From an uncultured Thermoanaerobaculia bacterium (GTDB lineage Bacteria > Acidobacteriota > Thermoanaerobaculia > Multivoradales > JAGPDF01): a DNA stretch of 64,000 bases. The DNA is taken from assembly GCA_964471955.1 (NCBI GenBank), contig CAYYIK010000007.1, positions 2,729 through 66,728 of the forward strand, written 5' to 3'. The position numbers and the translations under genes were made by a program. The notes beneath the pieces are model-generated. The model had not been told where the DNA came from and made no database searches. It worked only from the letters and a program-made list of their open reading frames with translations. Shown in pieces: positions 37,521-46,328 of the stretch. How positions within the stretch are numbered: position 1 is the stretch's first letter; every line of letters starts with the position of its first letter.

Positions 37521-38662
37521 CGACGATCGCCATCGACGCACGCAAGATCGCCGACTTCGGCATCGGCACCTACCTGCGCGGACTGATCGGCGCCCTGGCG
37601 CGCCTCGATCGCGACCACCGCTACCTCCTGCTGGGCGGCGCCGAGGGGGCCTCGGCGCTCCCCCTGCTGCCGGGCAACTTCCGCTGGATCGAGGAGAGGT
37701 CCCCCGGCTACTCCCTGCGCGAGCTGGTCACCGTTTCGCGCGCCGTCCGGCGCGAGCGGGTCGACCTCTTCCACGCGCCCCACTACGTCCTGCCGCTCGC
37801 TCTCCCGTGCCCGGCGGTGGTGACGATCCACGATCTCATCCACCTGCGCTTCCCGGAGCTGCGCAGCCCGCTCGAACGGGTCTACGCGCGCTGGATGATC
37901 GGCCGCGCGGCGCACCGGGCGGCGCGGGTGATCGCCGTCTCGCAAGCCACCGCCGGGGAGCTCGCCGGCCGCTTCGGGGTCGATCCGCAACGGGTCGAAG
38001 TCATCCCGAACGGCGTCGACGAACGGTTCCACCGCGAAGTGCCGGCGGCCGAGGTCGAGGCGACGCTCGCCGCGCTCGATCTCGCGCCCGGTTACCTGCT
38101 CTTCGTCGGCAATCCGAAGCCACACAAGAACCTCGATCGGCTGCTGGCGGCGGTTGCGCGCCTGGCCGGCCGGCCCGGCGGAGCGCCGATGCTGGTTCTG
38201 GCGGGCGACCGGGACGAGGCGTCGCCGCTGCCCCGGCAGATTGCCGCCGCCGGGCTGGTGCCCACCGTCCGCCATCTCGGCCACCTGCCCGACGCCGACC
38301 TGCCGGCGCTCTACCGCGGCGCGGCGCTGCTGGTCCAGCCATCGCTCTGGGAGGGGTTCGGCCTGCCGGTGGCCGAGGCGATGGCGCTCGGCGTGCCGGT
38401 CCTCGCCGCCGACCGCGGGGCCCTCCCCGAAGTGGCCGGCGACGCGGCGCGACTGGTCGACCCGGAGGACGTCGGGGCCATCGCCGCCGCCATCGCCGCC
38501 CTGCTGGACGATCCGGCGGCGCGCGCCGAGCTGTCCCGGCGGGGGCGTCAGCGCGCCGCCGGGCTGCACTGGGAAGCGGCGGCCCGCCGCACGCTGGCCG
38601 TCTACGAGGCGGTGCTCGGCGGCGGGGACGGAGCGCCGGCGCCGCGGGAGGGCGGGCGATGA
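37517..38662 (+). CDS. glycosyltransferase family 4
   Basis: GTG start overlapping the previous stop (GTGA); MTTIAIDARKIADFGIGTYLRGL; EGFGLPVAEAMALGVPVLAADRGALPEV. Confidence 0.85.
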   Translation: MTTIAIDARKIADFGIGTYLRGLIGALARLDRDHRYLLLGGAEGASALPLLPGNFRWIEERSPGYSLRELVTVSRAVRRERVDLFHAPHYVLPLALPCPAVVTIHDLIHLRFPELRSPLERVYARWMIGRAAHRAARVIAVSQATAGELAGRFGVDPQRVEVIPNGVDERFHREVPAAEVEATLAALDLAPGYLLFVGNPKPHKNLDRLLAAVARLAGRPGGAPMLVLAGDRDEASPLPRQIAAAGLVPTVRHLGHLPDADLPALYRGAALLVQPSLWEGFGLPVAEAMALGVPVLAADRGALPEVAGDAARLVDPEDVGAIAAAIAALLDDPAARAELSRRGRQRAAGLHWEAAARRTLAVYEAVLGGGDGAPAPREGGR

Positions 38663-39765
38663 GGGCTCCCGTCGGGCTCGTCCACGACTGGCTGACCGGC
38701 CAGCGCGGCGGCGAGAACGTCCTGGTCGAGATCGCCCGCCTCTTCCCGCGGGCGCCGATCCACACGCTCTTCCACTTCCCGGGCAGCGTTTCGCCGGAGA
38801 TCGAGGCGCACCCGATCGTCACCAGCTTCCTGCAGCGCGCGCCCGGGCTCGATCCCGGCTATCGCTGGTTCCTGCCGCTCTTTCCGTTCGCCATCGAGGA
38901 CCTGCCGACCACCGACCACCGGCTGCTCGTCTCTTCGAGTCACTGCGTCGCCAAAGGGGCGCGGCGCGGCCCCGGCGCCTTTCACCTCTGCTACTGCCAC
39001 ACGCCGGTGCGCTACGCCTGGGACCAGCAGGAGGCCTACTTCGGCGGCCGCGGCGCTCTGCGCCTCGCCCAGCGGCTGGTGCTCGCCGGCCTCCGGCGCT
39101 GGGACGTCGCCACCGCCGGCCGGGTCGATCACTACGTCGCCAACTCCCGGTTCGTCGCCGAACGGATTCGGCGCTACTACGGCCGCCGGGCGGACGTTCT
39201 GGCACCGCCGGTCGACACGGAGTGGTACCAGCCCGGCGGCGAAGGTCGGCGCGAGCACGTCCTGGTCGTCGCCGCCCTGGCCCCCTACAAAAGGGTGGAT
39301 CTGGCGATTCAGGCCTGTGAAAGGGCGGGACTCCCCCTGGTGGTGGTCGGCGAAGGCCCCGAGCGGGGCCGCCTCGAGAGGATGGCGGGGGGCCGGACCC
39401 GCTTCGCCGGCCGGGTCGATCCCGACCGGCTGCGCGAGCTCTACCGGGGGGCGATCTGCTTCCTGCAGACGGGCATCGAGGACTTCGGCATCGCCGCGGC
39501 CGAGGCCCTGGCCTGCGGCACTCCGGTGGTCGCCGCCGGCGCCGGCGGGGTGCTCGATATCGTGGTCGACGGCGAGCACGGACGGCTCTACGATCCGGAG
39601 GCCCCCGGGGCGGTGGATGCCGCGATTGACAATTGTCTCCGGATGGAGTTCAATTTCGTGAACCTACGGAGGCGGGCGGAGACGTTCTCCGCCGGGCATT
39701 TCGCCCAAGGGCTCAGGGAGATGCTCATCTCCCGCTGGCCGGACGCGGAGGGGATCCCGGTTTGA
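38659..39765 (+). CDS. glycosyltransferase family 4
   Basis: ATG overlapping the previous stop (ATGA); VHDWLTGQRGGENV; EDFGIAAAEALACGTPVVAAGAGG. Confidence 0.85.
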   Translation: MRAPVGLVHDWLTGQRGGENVLVEIARLFPRAPIHTLFHFPGSVSPEIEAHPIVTSFLQRAPGLDPGYRWFLPLFPFAIEDLPTTDHRLLVSSSHCVAKGARRGPGAFHLCYCHTPVRYAWDQQEAYFGGRGALRLAQRLVLAGLRRWDVATAGRVDHYVANSRFVAERIRRYYGRRADVLAPPVDTEWYQPGGEGRREHVLVVAALAPYKRVDLAIQACERAGLPLVVVGEGPERGRLERMAGGRTRFAGRVDPDRLRELYRGAICFLQTGIEDFGIAAAEALACGTPVVAAGAGGVLDIVVDGEHGRLYDPEAPGAVDAAIDNCLRMEFNFVNLRRRAETFSAGHFAQGLREMLISRWPDAEGIPV

Positions 39766-41189
39766 TCCAGCAGCGCCACCGCATCACCGCGGCGGTCCTC
39801 TTCGCGGGGGACGTCGTCGCAACGCTGGCCGCCTTCTTCGGCGCCTGGCTCCTCCGTTTCGAAGTCGAACTCGTTCCGCTGACCAAGAGCACGCCGGAGC
39901 TCGGCCGCTACGTCGAGCTGCTGCCGATCATCCTGCTGCTCTTCCCGCTGGTCTTCTACTTCCTCGGCCTCTACCGGCCGCGGCCGAGCGCCAGCCGGGT
40001 CGAGGAGGCGGTGGCCGTCCTCTCGGCGGTGCTGCTGGCGACCATCCTGCTGTCGGGCGTCGTCTCCTGGTACCGGCCGGCGCTGCGCCCCGGCAGCATC
40101 GAGTACTTCACCTACAGCCGCGCCTTCCTCGCCCTCTTCGCGGTGGTCCAGGTGGCGATGGTGGTGCTCGGCCGGGCCGCGGTGCGCTGGTTGCTGCACA
40201 GCGCCAGCGTCCACGCCGGCAGCGCGCAGCGCATCCTGGTGGTCGGCGCCGGCAAGCTCGGCCTCGAGATCACCTCCAAGCTGCTCGCCCACCGCGACCA
40301 CGGCCTCGAGGTCGTCGGCTTCCTCGACGACGACCCCAACAAGCTCGGCCGGCAGATTCTCGGCCGACCGGTGCTCGGCATGACGCGCGACGTCGAACGC
40401 GTCCTCGCCGAGCAGAAGATCGACCAGCTCTTCGTCGCCCTCCCCCTCGAAGCCCACAAGAAGATGATGCGCCTGCTGCAGGCGGTGGGCAGCGAGTGCG
40501 TCGAAGTCAAGCTCGTCCCCGACATCCTGCAGTACGCGACGATCAAGGCGACGCTCGAGGAGATCGACGGCACGCCGGTGATCAACCTCTCGCAGCTGCC
40601 GCTGCAGGGCTGGAACAGCCTGGTCAAGCGGCTGCTCGACGTCGTCCTGTCGGCCGCCGGCCTGGTGGTGCTGCTCCCGTTCTTCCCGCTGCTGGCGCTG
40701 ATCATCTGGCTCGACGACCGCGGCCCGATCTTCTACCGCCAGGAGCGCATGGGCCTCGACGGCCGCCCCTTCTGGATCTGGAAGTTCCGCTCGATGCGAG
40801 TCAACGCCGAGGCCTCCACCGGGCCGATCTGGGCCATCCAGGGGGATCCGCGGCGCACCGTCGTCGGCGGCGTGCTGCGCCGCTGGTCGATCGACGAGCT
40901 GCCGCAGCTGTGGAATGTGCTGCGCGGCGACATGTCGCTGGTCGGTCCCCGCCCCGAGCGCCCGACCTTCGTCCAGGAGTTCAAGCAGCGCCTGCCGCAG
41001 TACATGCTGCGTCACAAGGTCAAGGCCGGAATCACCGGCTGGGCCCAGGTGCACGGCTGGCGCGGCAACACCTCGATCCGCAAGCGGCTCGAGTACGACC
41101 TCTACTACATCGAGAACTGGTCGCTGGGGCTGGATCTGAAGATCCTCTGGATGACGCTCCGGCACGGCCTGCGCCACAACGCCCACTGA
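39762..41189 (+). CDS. undecaprenyl-phosphate sugar phosphotransferase (WbaP/EpsB-type priming glycosyltransferase)
   Basis: TTG overlapping the previous stop (TTGA); N-terminal TM helices; C-terminal bacterial sugar transferase domain GPIFYRQERMGLDGRPFWIWKFRSM...DELPQLWNVLRGDMSLVGPRP. Confidence 0.85.
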   Translation: MIQQRHRITAAVLFAGDVVATLAAFFGAWLLRFEVELVPLTKSTPELGRYVELLPIILLLFPLVFYFLGLYRPRPSASRVEEAVAVLSAVLLATILLSGVVSWYRPALRPGSIEYFTYSRAFLALFAVVQVAMVVLGRAAVRWLLHSASVHAGSAQRILVVGAGKLGLEITSKLLAHRDHGLEVVGFLDDDPNKLGRQILGRPVLGMTRDVERVLAEQKIDQLFVALPLEAHKKMMRLLQAVGSECVEVKLVPDILQYATIKATLEEIDGTPVINLSQLPLQGWNSLVKRLLDVVLSAAGLVVLLPFFPLLALIIWLDDRGPIFYRQERMGLDGRPFWIWKFRSMRVNAEASTGPIWAIQGDPRRTVVGGVLRRWSIDELPQLWNVLRGDMSLVGPRPERPTFVQEFKQRLPQYMLRHKVKAGITGWAQVHGWRGNTSIRKRLEYDLYYIENWSLGLDLKILWMTLRHGLRHNAH

Positions 41190-42694
41190 TGACCGACCAT
41201 CGCTTCGAGCCGCGGGCGCCCGCCGCCCGCCCGGCCATCGCCTCGTTCGCCGTCTTCGCCCTGGCCATGCTCGCCGCCGCCGGATGCCGCCGGCCCGAGG
41301 CTCCGGCCGCGGCCTCCACCGCCGCGACCCCGACGACGCCGCCGAACATCCTGCTGATCACCGTCGACACGCTGCGCGCCGACCATCTGTCGGCCTGGGG
41401 CTATCCCCGTCCCACCTCGCCGCGCCTCGACCAGCTCGCCGCCGAAGGGGCGCGCTTCGCGGCCGCCCAGGTACAGTGGCCCAAGACGGGGCCCTCCTTC
41501 GCCTCCATGTTCACCTCGACCTACCCGAAGGACAACGGCAACGTCCGCCAGGTCGGCATCCCGCTCCCCTGCGAGTTCACCACCCTCGCGGAACGCCTGC
41601 AGCGGGCCGGCTGGGCGACGCGCGCCGTGGTGGCCAACGGCGCGCTGGCGCGCGAGTTCAACTTCGACCAGGGGTTCGACGCCTACGTCGAGGCGTGGCA
41701 GAACCCGCACCCCGGGGGCGGCGATCCGATTCGCGCCGAGAACGTCACCCGCCTGGCGCTCGAGAACGCGGCCGAGTTGCCCGCCGACCGTCCATGGTTT
41801 CTCTGGGTGCACTACATCGATCCACACTTCCCCTATCGCGCCCCGGACGCCTGGCGCGACCGGTTCCAGGGGGACGAGCACTTCCGCGACGAGCCGCGCA
41901 TTCGGGTGCTCGACAAGTATTCGCAACAGCTGGCCGGCATCGGCAAGCGGCAGACCCTCGACGGCGAGGATCGCCTCGCCTTCTACGTGGCGCGCTACGA
42001 CGCCGAGATCGCCTACGCCGACGAACAGATCGGCGTCCTGCTCGACCGCCTGCGCGAGACGGGGCGAATGGCCGACACGGTGACCGCCTTCACTTCCGAC
42101 CACGGCGAGTCGCTCGGCGACCACGAGTACTACTTCGATCACGGCCGATTCGCCTTCCAGACCTGCCTGCACGTGCCCCTCGTTCTGCACTGGCCGGGGC
42201 GGATCGCGCCGGTGGTGCGCGAGGAACCGGTCGCCCTGCTCGACCTGGCGCCGACGCTGCTCGCCGCCGCCGGGCTGCTCCCCGAGACGGGTGCCTGGGC
42301 GCAGGGAGAGAGTCTCTGGCCGGCGCTGCGCGGCGGCGAGCCGGGGCGCCCGATCGTCTTCGCGGAAGGGGGCACCGCGACGAAGCGCCAGTGGATCAAG
42401 ACGGCGCGCGACGGCCGCTTCAAGCTGCAGCACACCAATCAGGCGGGCGAGCAGCGCTGGATCGCCGGCAAGGGGGTCGACTACGCCCTCTTCGACCTCT
42501 CCGCCGATCCCGGCGAGACGCGCAACGTCGCCGCCGAGCACCCCGAGGAGCTGGCGCGCCTGCAGCGCGCCCTCGCCGAGTGGTGGCGGCAGCCGCCGTT
42601 CGACGTTCGCACCGACGAACGGACCGACTGCGCCGCCGGCCGCGCCGTCGAGGCCGGCACGACCGAGCAGCTCGAGGCTCTCGGCTATCTCTGA
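41189..42694 (+). CDS. sulfatase-family (alkaline phosphatase superfamily) lipoprotein, probably not a canonical formylglycine sulfatase
   Basis: ATG overlapping the WbaP stop (ATGA); lipobox AMLAAAGC; ILLITVDTLRADHLSAWGY; the canonical C/S-x-P-x-R position reads T-G-P-S-F. Confidence 0.8.
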   Translation: MTDHRFEPRAPAARPAIASFAVFALAMLAAAGCRRPEAPAAASTAATPTTPPNILLITVDTLRADHLSAWGYPRPTSPRLDQLAAEGARFAAAQVQWPKTGPSFASMFTSTYPKDNGNVRQVGIPLPCEFTTLAERLQRAGWATRAVVANGALAREFNFDQGFDAYVEAWQNPHPGGGDPIRAENVTRLALENAAELPADRPWFLWVHYIDPHFPYRAPDAWRDRFQGDEHFRDEPRIRVLDKYSQQLAGIGKRQTLDGEDRLAFYVARYDAEIAYADEQIGVLLDRLRETGRMADTVTAFTSDHGESLGDHEYYFDHGRFAFQTCLHVPLVLHWPGRIAPVVREEPVALLDLAPTLLAAAGLLPETGAWAQGESLWPALRGGEPGRPIVFAEGGTATKRQWIKTARDGRFKLQHTNQAGEQRWIAGKGVDYALFDLSADPGETRNVAAEHPEELARLQRALAEWWRQPPFDVRTDERTDCAAGRAVEAGTTEQLEALGYL

Positions 42695-42720
42695 GCCGGC
42701 GTCCTCTCCTTGGGTCTTCA

Positions 42721-43069
42721 CCGGTTCGAGTGGGTGATCCCTTGTCGGGGCGGGACGGCTGGGCGGAACGACGCGTCCGGTTCAAGAGTGCGGACACAAG
42801 CTTCCAAAGAATGGAATGACGGCTCCCGGTGGAGTCTGGATCGGGCGTGGCGGGCTCGAAGCGACCGGAGTCCACCCCCGCCGTCTGGCCCCACCGGTCG
42901 CTGGCCGACCCCTACTCTGGCTTTTCCCCTATCTGGAAGCTTGTGTCCCCGGGCGTACACCTTGCGTCGGCATCGACCAGTTCGAGTTTCGGTGCCTGTC
43001 CCCGAGATAGGAGTCTTGGTGCCTGTCCCCGAAATACCGCCTCGCGGTGGCGCCACCCACTCGAACCGG
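42721..43069. mobile_element. 349-bp MITE-like structured intergenic element bounded by perfect 16-bp terminal inverted repeats
   Basis: CCGGTTCGAGTGGGTG (42721-42736) and its exact reverse complement (43054-43069); nested inverted repeat GGACACAAGCTTCC (42792-42805 / 42935-42948); tandem GGTGCCTGTCCCCGA(G/A)ATA at ~42990-43034; no plausible ORF. Confidence 0.4.
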
Positions 43070-43085
43070 GGAAGCGTCCTCTCCT

Positions 43086-44762
43086 TCAGCTTTCGACGAG
43101 AGATACAGCCGGCTCGGACCCGCGACCCCGGCGCAGCGCCAGGACGGCGAGCAGCGCCGCCAGGCCGAGCAGCACGGCGGCCGAGAGGCCATTCCAGAAC
43201 CCGACCTCGCCGAGGGCGGCGCCGAGGTTCGCCCACGCCAGCGTGGCGAGCGCCCAGATGGTGATCGTGGCTACGAAGAGCAGCGGCAGCAGGGTGAACA
43301 GATAGGGGCGGCGCCGGCGGCGCAGCCAGATGGTGAGCACCAGCAGGGTGAGCGCCGCCAGCAGCTGGTTGCTGGCGCCGAACAGGGTCCAGAACTTCGT
43401 CCAGGCCCCCTGCCCGCCGGCGAGCACGAACCAGACCGCCGGCGCCACCGTGGCCAGGGTGGCGATCGCCGCGCCGGTCCTGCCGCGCCAGCCCGACAGC
43501 TCCTGCAGCAGATAGCGGCCGAGCCGCGTCGAGACGTCGAGGGTGTCGAAGACGAACGTCGAGAAGGCCATGGCCCCGAACGTCACCGCGAAGGCGAGGT
43601 GCTGCTCCCCCACGACGAGGGCGAGGAAGCGCCCGATGCCGTTGCCGTAGATCGTCCCGGGCGACAGTCCGGCGATCGCCTCGGGGGGCGCGATCATGAT
43701 CGTCACCAGGGCGATCAGCGCGACGAACCCTTCCGCCAGCATGGCGCCGAAGCCCACCGGCTGACAGTCGCTCTCGCGCGCGATCTGCTTCGAGGTCGTC
43801 CCCGAACAGACCAGGCCGTGAAAGCCCGAGCAGGCACCGCACGCGATGGTGACGAAGAGGAAGGGAAAGAGTCCCCCCGTCACGCCGCCGGCGTTCCAGG
43901 CACGGAAGAAGGGCTGCTCGATCGACCAGCCGCCCAGCAGCACGCCGATCACGCCGGTGGCGAGCGCGGTGTAGAGGACGAAGCCACCCAGGTAGCCGCG
44001 CGGCTGCAGCAGCGCCCAGACCGGCACGACCGAGCCGAGGGCGCAGTAGACGAGGATCAGCACCGCCCAGGTCGCGTGATCGAACTGCAGCCAGGTCGAC
44101 ATCCGGGTGCCGGCCCAGCAGGCGGCGAAGGTGGCGGGGACGAAGATCGCGGTGACCAGCCAGAGCGGCGGCGCCAGGAAACGCTGCACCAGGCCGAGCA
44201 GCAGCGACAGCCCGAGGTAGAGCACCGCCGCCGCGGCCACCGCGCCGCCGGCGTGGAAGCTCGTTCCGCCCTCGCGCAGCTCTTCGGTGCCGGCGACGAA
44301 GCTGCCCGCCGTGATGTCGGCGAAGGCGACGATCACGTAGACGAGGGCGATCCAGATGAACAGCATCATCGCCCGCCCGGCGAGCGGTCCGAGCTCGTGG
44401 CGGGTGATCTCGGCGATCGAGTCGCCGCCGTGGCGCACCGAGACGGCGAGCGCCGAGAAGTCGTGCACCGCGCCGATGAAGACGACGCCGAATGCGATCC
44501 AGGCGAGGCAGGGGCCCCAGCCGAACGCCTGGCAGGCGAGGATCGGCCCGGCGATCGGTCCGGCCGCGGCGATCGCCGAGAAGTGCTGCCCGAACAGGTA
44601 GAAGCGACGGGTGGGAACGAAGTCGACGCCGTCGCGTCGCGACACCGCGGGCGTGGCGCGGCCGTCGTCGAGGCGGAACTGGCGTGCCACCCAGCCGCCG
44701 TAGAAGTGGTAGGCGGCGGCCAGCAGGCCGAGCAGCGCGACGCTGAGCAGTGTGAGGGACAC
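43086..44762 (-). CDS. cstA: carbon starvation protein A family transporter
   Basis: N-terminus MSLTLLSVALLGLLAAAYHFYGGWVARQF and polytopic membrane profile typical of CstA. Confidence 0.85.
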   Translation of the reverse strand: MSLTLLSVALLGLLAAAYHFYGGWVARQFRLDDGRATPAVSRRDGVDFVPTRRFYLFGQHFSAIAAAGPIAGPILACQAFGWGPCLAWIAFGVVFIGAVHDFSALAVSVRHGGDSIAEITRHELGPLAGRAMMLFIWIALVYVIVAFADITAGSFVAGTEELREGGTSFHAGGAVAAAAVLYLGLSLLLGLVQRFLAPPLWLVTAIFVPATFAACWAGTRMSTWLQFDHATWAVLILVYCALGSVVPVWALLQPRGYLGGFVLYTALATGVIGVLLGGWSIEQPFFRAWNAGGVTGGLFPFLFVTIACGACSGFHGLVCSGTTSKQIARESDCQPVGFGAMLAEGFVALIALVTIMIAPPEAIAGLSPGTIYGNGIGRFLALVVGEQHLAFAVTFGAMAFSTFVFDTLDVSTRLGRYLLQELSGWRGRTGAAIATLATVAPAVWFVLAGGQGAWTKFWTLFGASNQLLAALTLLVLTIWLRRRRRPYLFTLLPLLFVATITIWALATLAWANLGAALGEVGFWNGLSAAVLLGLAALLAVLALRRGRGSEPAVSLVES

Positions 44763-44836
44763 TCGGGCGCGGATCCTACGCCGAGTCGGCGCGCGCTGGG
44801 GCGCCGGCCGCGTGCTAGCATCCGCGGACTTCGCCG

Positions 44837-46327
44837 ATGAGCCGAGAGAAGAAGCCCCCCGGGCTGGGTCAGGCGCTGATCCCCGTCCTCGTCCTGATCG
44901 CCCTGCTGGCGTCGTCCGTGCGCCTGTTCGGCGACGGCTCGTCGAGCGGCCCGAACCAGATCGCCCTCATCCTCGCCGCCGGCGTGGCCAGCCTGATCGG
45001 CATGCGGCTCGGCTTCTCCTGGCGCGAACTCGAAAGCGGCATCGTGCACGGCATCTCGCTGTCGATGGGTGCCGTGCTCATCCTCTTCGTGGTCGGCTCG
45101 CTGATCGGCACCTGGATCCTCGCCGGCATCGTGCCGACGATGATCTATTACGGTCTCCTGCTGCTCAGCCCGGGGATCTTCTACGCCGCGAGCTGCGTCA
45201 TCTGCGCCCTGGTTTCACTGGCCACGGGCTCGTCGTGGACGACCGCCTCGACGATCGGCATCGCCCTCATCGGCGTCGCCACGGCGCAGGATCTCCACCT
45301 CGGCCTGACCGCCGGGGCGATCATCTCGGGTGCCTACTTCGGCGACAAGATGTCGCCCCTGTCCGACACCACCAATCTCGCCCCGGCGATGGCGGGGACC
45401 GACCTGTTCACCCACATCCGGCACATGGTCTGGACGACGGCTCCGAGCATCGTGATCGCGGTGATCGGATTCGCCGTCGCCGGATGGCTGGGCACCACGC
45501 CGGACGAAGCGCGCAATCTCGAGGAGATCCTCGCCGCCCTGCGCTCGACCTTCGAGATCGGGCCGCACCTCCTGCTGCCGGCCGCGCTGGTGATCTTCCT
45601 GGTGGTCAGGCGGGTGTCGGCCTTCCCGGCGCTGCTGATCGGCGCCCTGGTGGGCGGCGTCTTCGCGATGATCTTCCAGCCGCGCGCCGTCCTCACCTTC
45701 GTCGGCGAGACCGACCTGCCCGCCGGAGTGGCGCTGCTCAAGGGATTCTGGATGGCCCTGTTCGACGGATTCCGGCTCGAGTCGGGGCACGAGACGCTCG
45801 ATGCCCTGCTGACCCGTGGCGGCATGTCGAGCATGCTCAACACCATCTGGCTGATCCTCTCGGCGATGATGTTCGGCGCGGTGATGGAGAAGACCGGCAT
45901 GCTCGCCGAGATCGCGCGCAGCATTCTCGCGCTGGTGCGCGGCACCGGCTCGCTGATCGCCGCGACGCTCGGCACGTCGATCGGCATGAACGTCCTCGCC
46001 TCGGACCAGTACATCGCCATCGTCCTGCCGGGCCGGATGTTCCGTGCCGAGTTCACGCGGCGGGGCCTGCACCCGAAGAACCTGTCGCGCGCCCTGGAGG
46101 ACGCCGGCACCCTGACCTCGCCGCTGGTGCCGTGGAACACCTGCGGCGCGTTCATGGCGCAGACGCTCGGCGTGGCGACCCTGACCTACCTGCCGTTCTG
46201 CTTCTTCAACCTGCTCAATCCGCTGATCTCGGCGGGCTACGGCTTCACCGGCTTCACCATCGAGCGGCTCCCCGCCGGCGAAGAATCGCTGTCGGCTCCG
46301 GAGACCGCGCCCGCCGGTCCCGCCTGA
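44837..46327 (+). CDS. nhaC: Na+/H+ antiporter NhaC family protein
   Basis: 496 aa polytopic; NhaC-like segments (GIVHGISLSMGAVLILFVVGSLIGTW; SSWTTASTIGIALIGVA). Confidence 0.8.
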   Translation: MSREKKPPGLGQALIPVLVLIALLASSVRLFGDGSSSGPNQIALILAAGVASLIGMRLGFSWRELESGIVHGISLSMGAVLILFVVGSLIGTWILAGIVPTMIYYGLLLLSPGIFYAASCVICALVSLATGSSWTTASTIGIALIGVATAQDLHLGLTAGAIISGAYFGDKMSPLSDTTNLAPAMAGTDLFTHIRHMVWTTAPSIVIAVIGFAVAGWLGTTPDEARNLEEILAALRSTFEIGPHLLLPAALVIFLVVRRVSAFPALLIGALVGGVFAMIFQPRAVLTFVGETDLPAGVALLKGFWMALFDGFRLESGHETLDALLTRGGMSSMLNTIWLILSAMMFGAVMEKTGMLAEIARSILALVRGTGSLIAATLGTSIGMNVLASDQYIAIVLPGRMFRAEFTRRGLHPKNLSRALEDAGTLTSPLVPWNTCGAFMAQTLGVATLTYLPFCFFNLLNPLISAGYGFTGFTIERLPAGEESLSAPETAPAGPA

Positions 46328-46328
46328 G

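Noticed and set aside
42718-43842. 374-aa minus-strand ORF running through the MITE-like element into cstA antisense.
   Set aside because: It is antisense to the well-supported cstA gene. Its low-complexity translation includes GTGTKTPISGTGTETRTG, produced by the tandem repeat inside the element.
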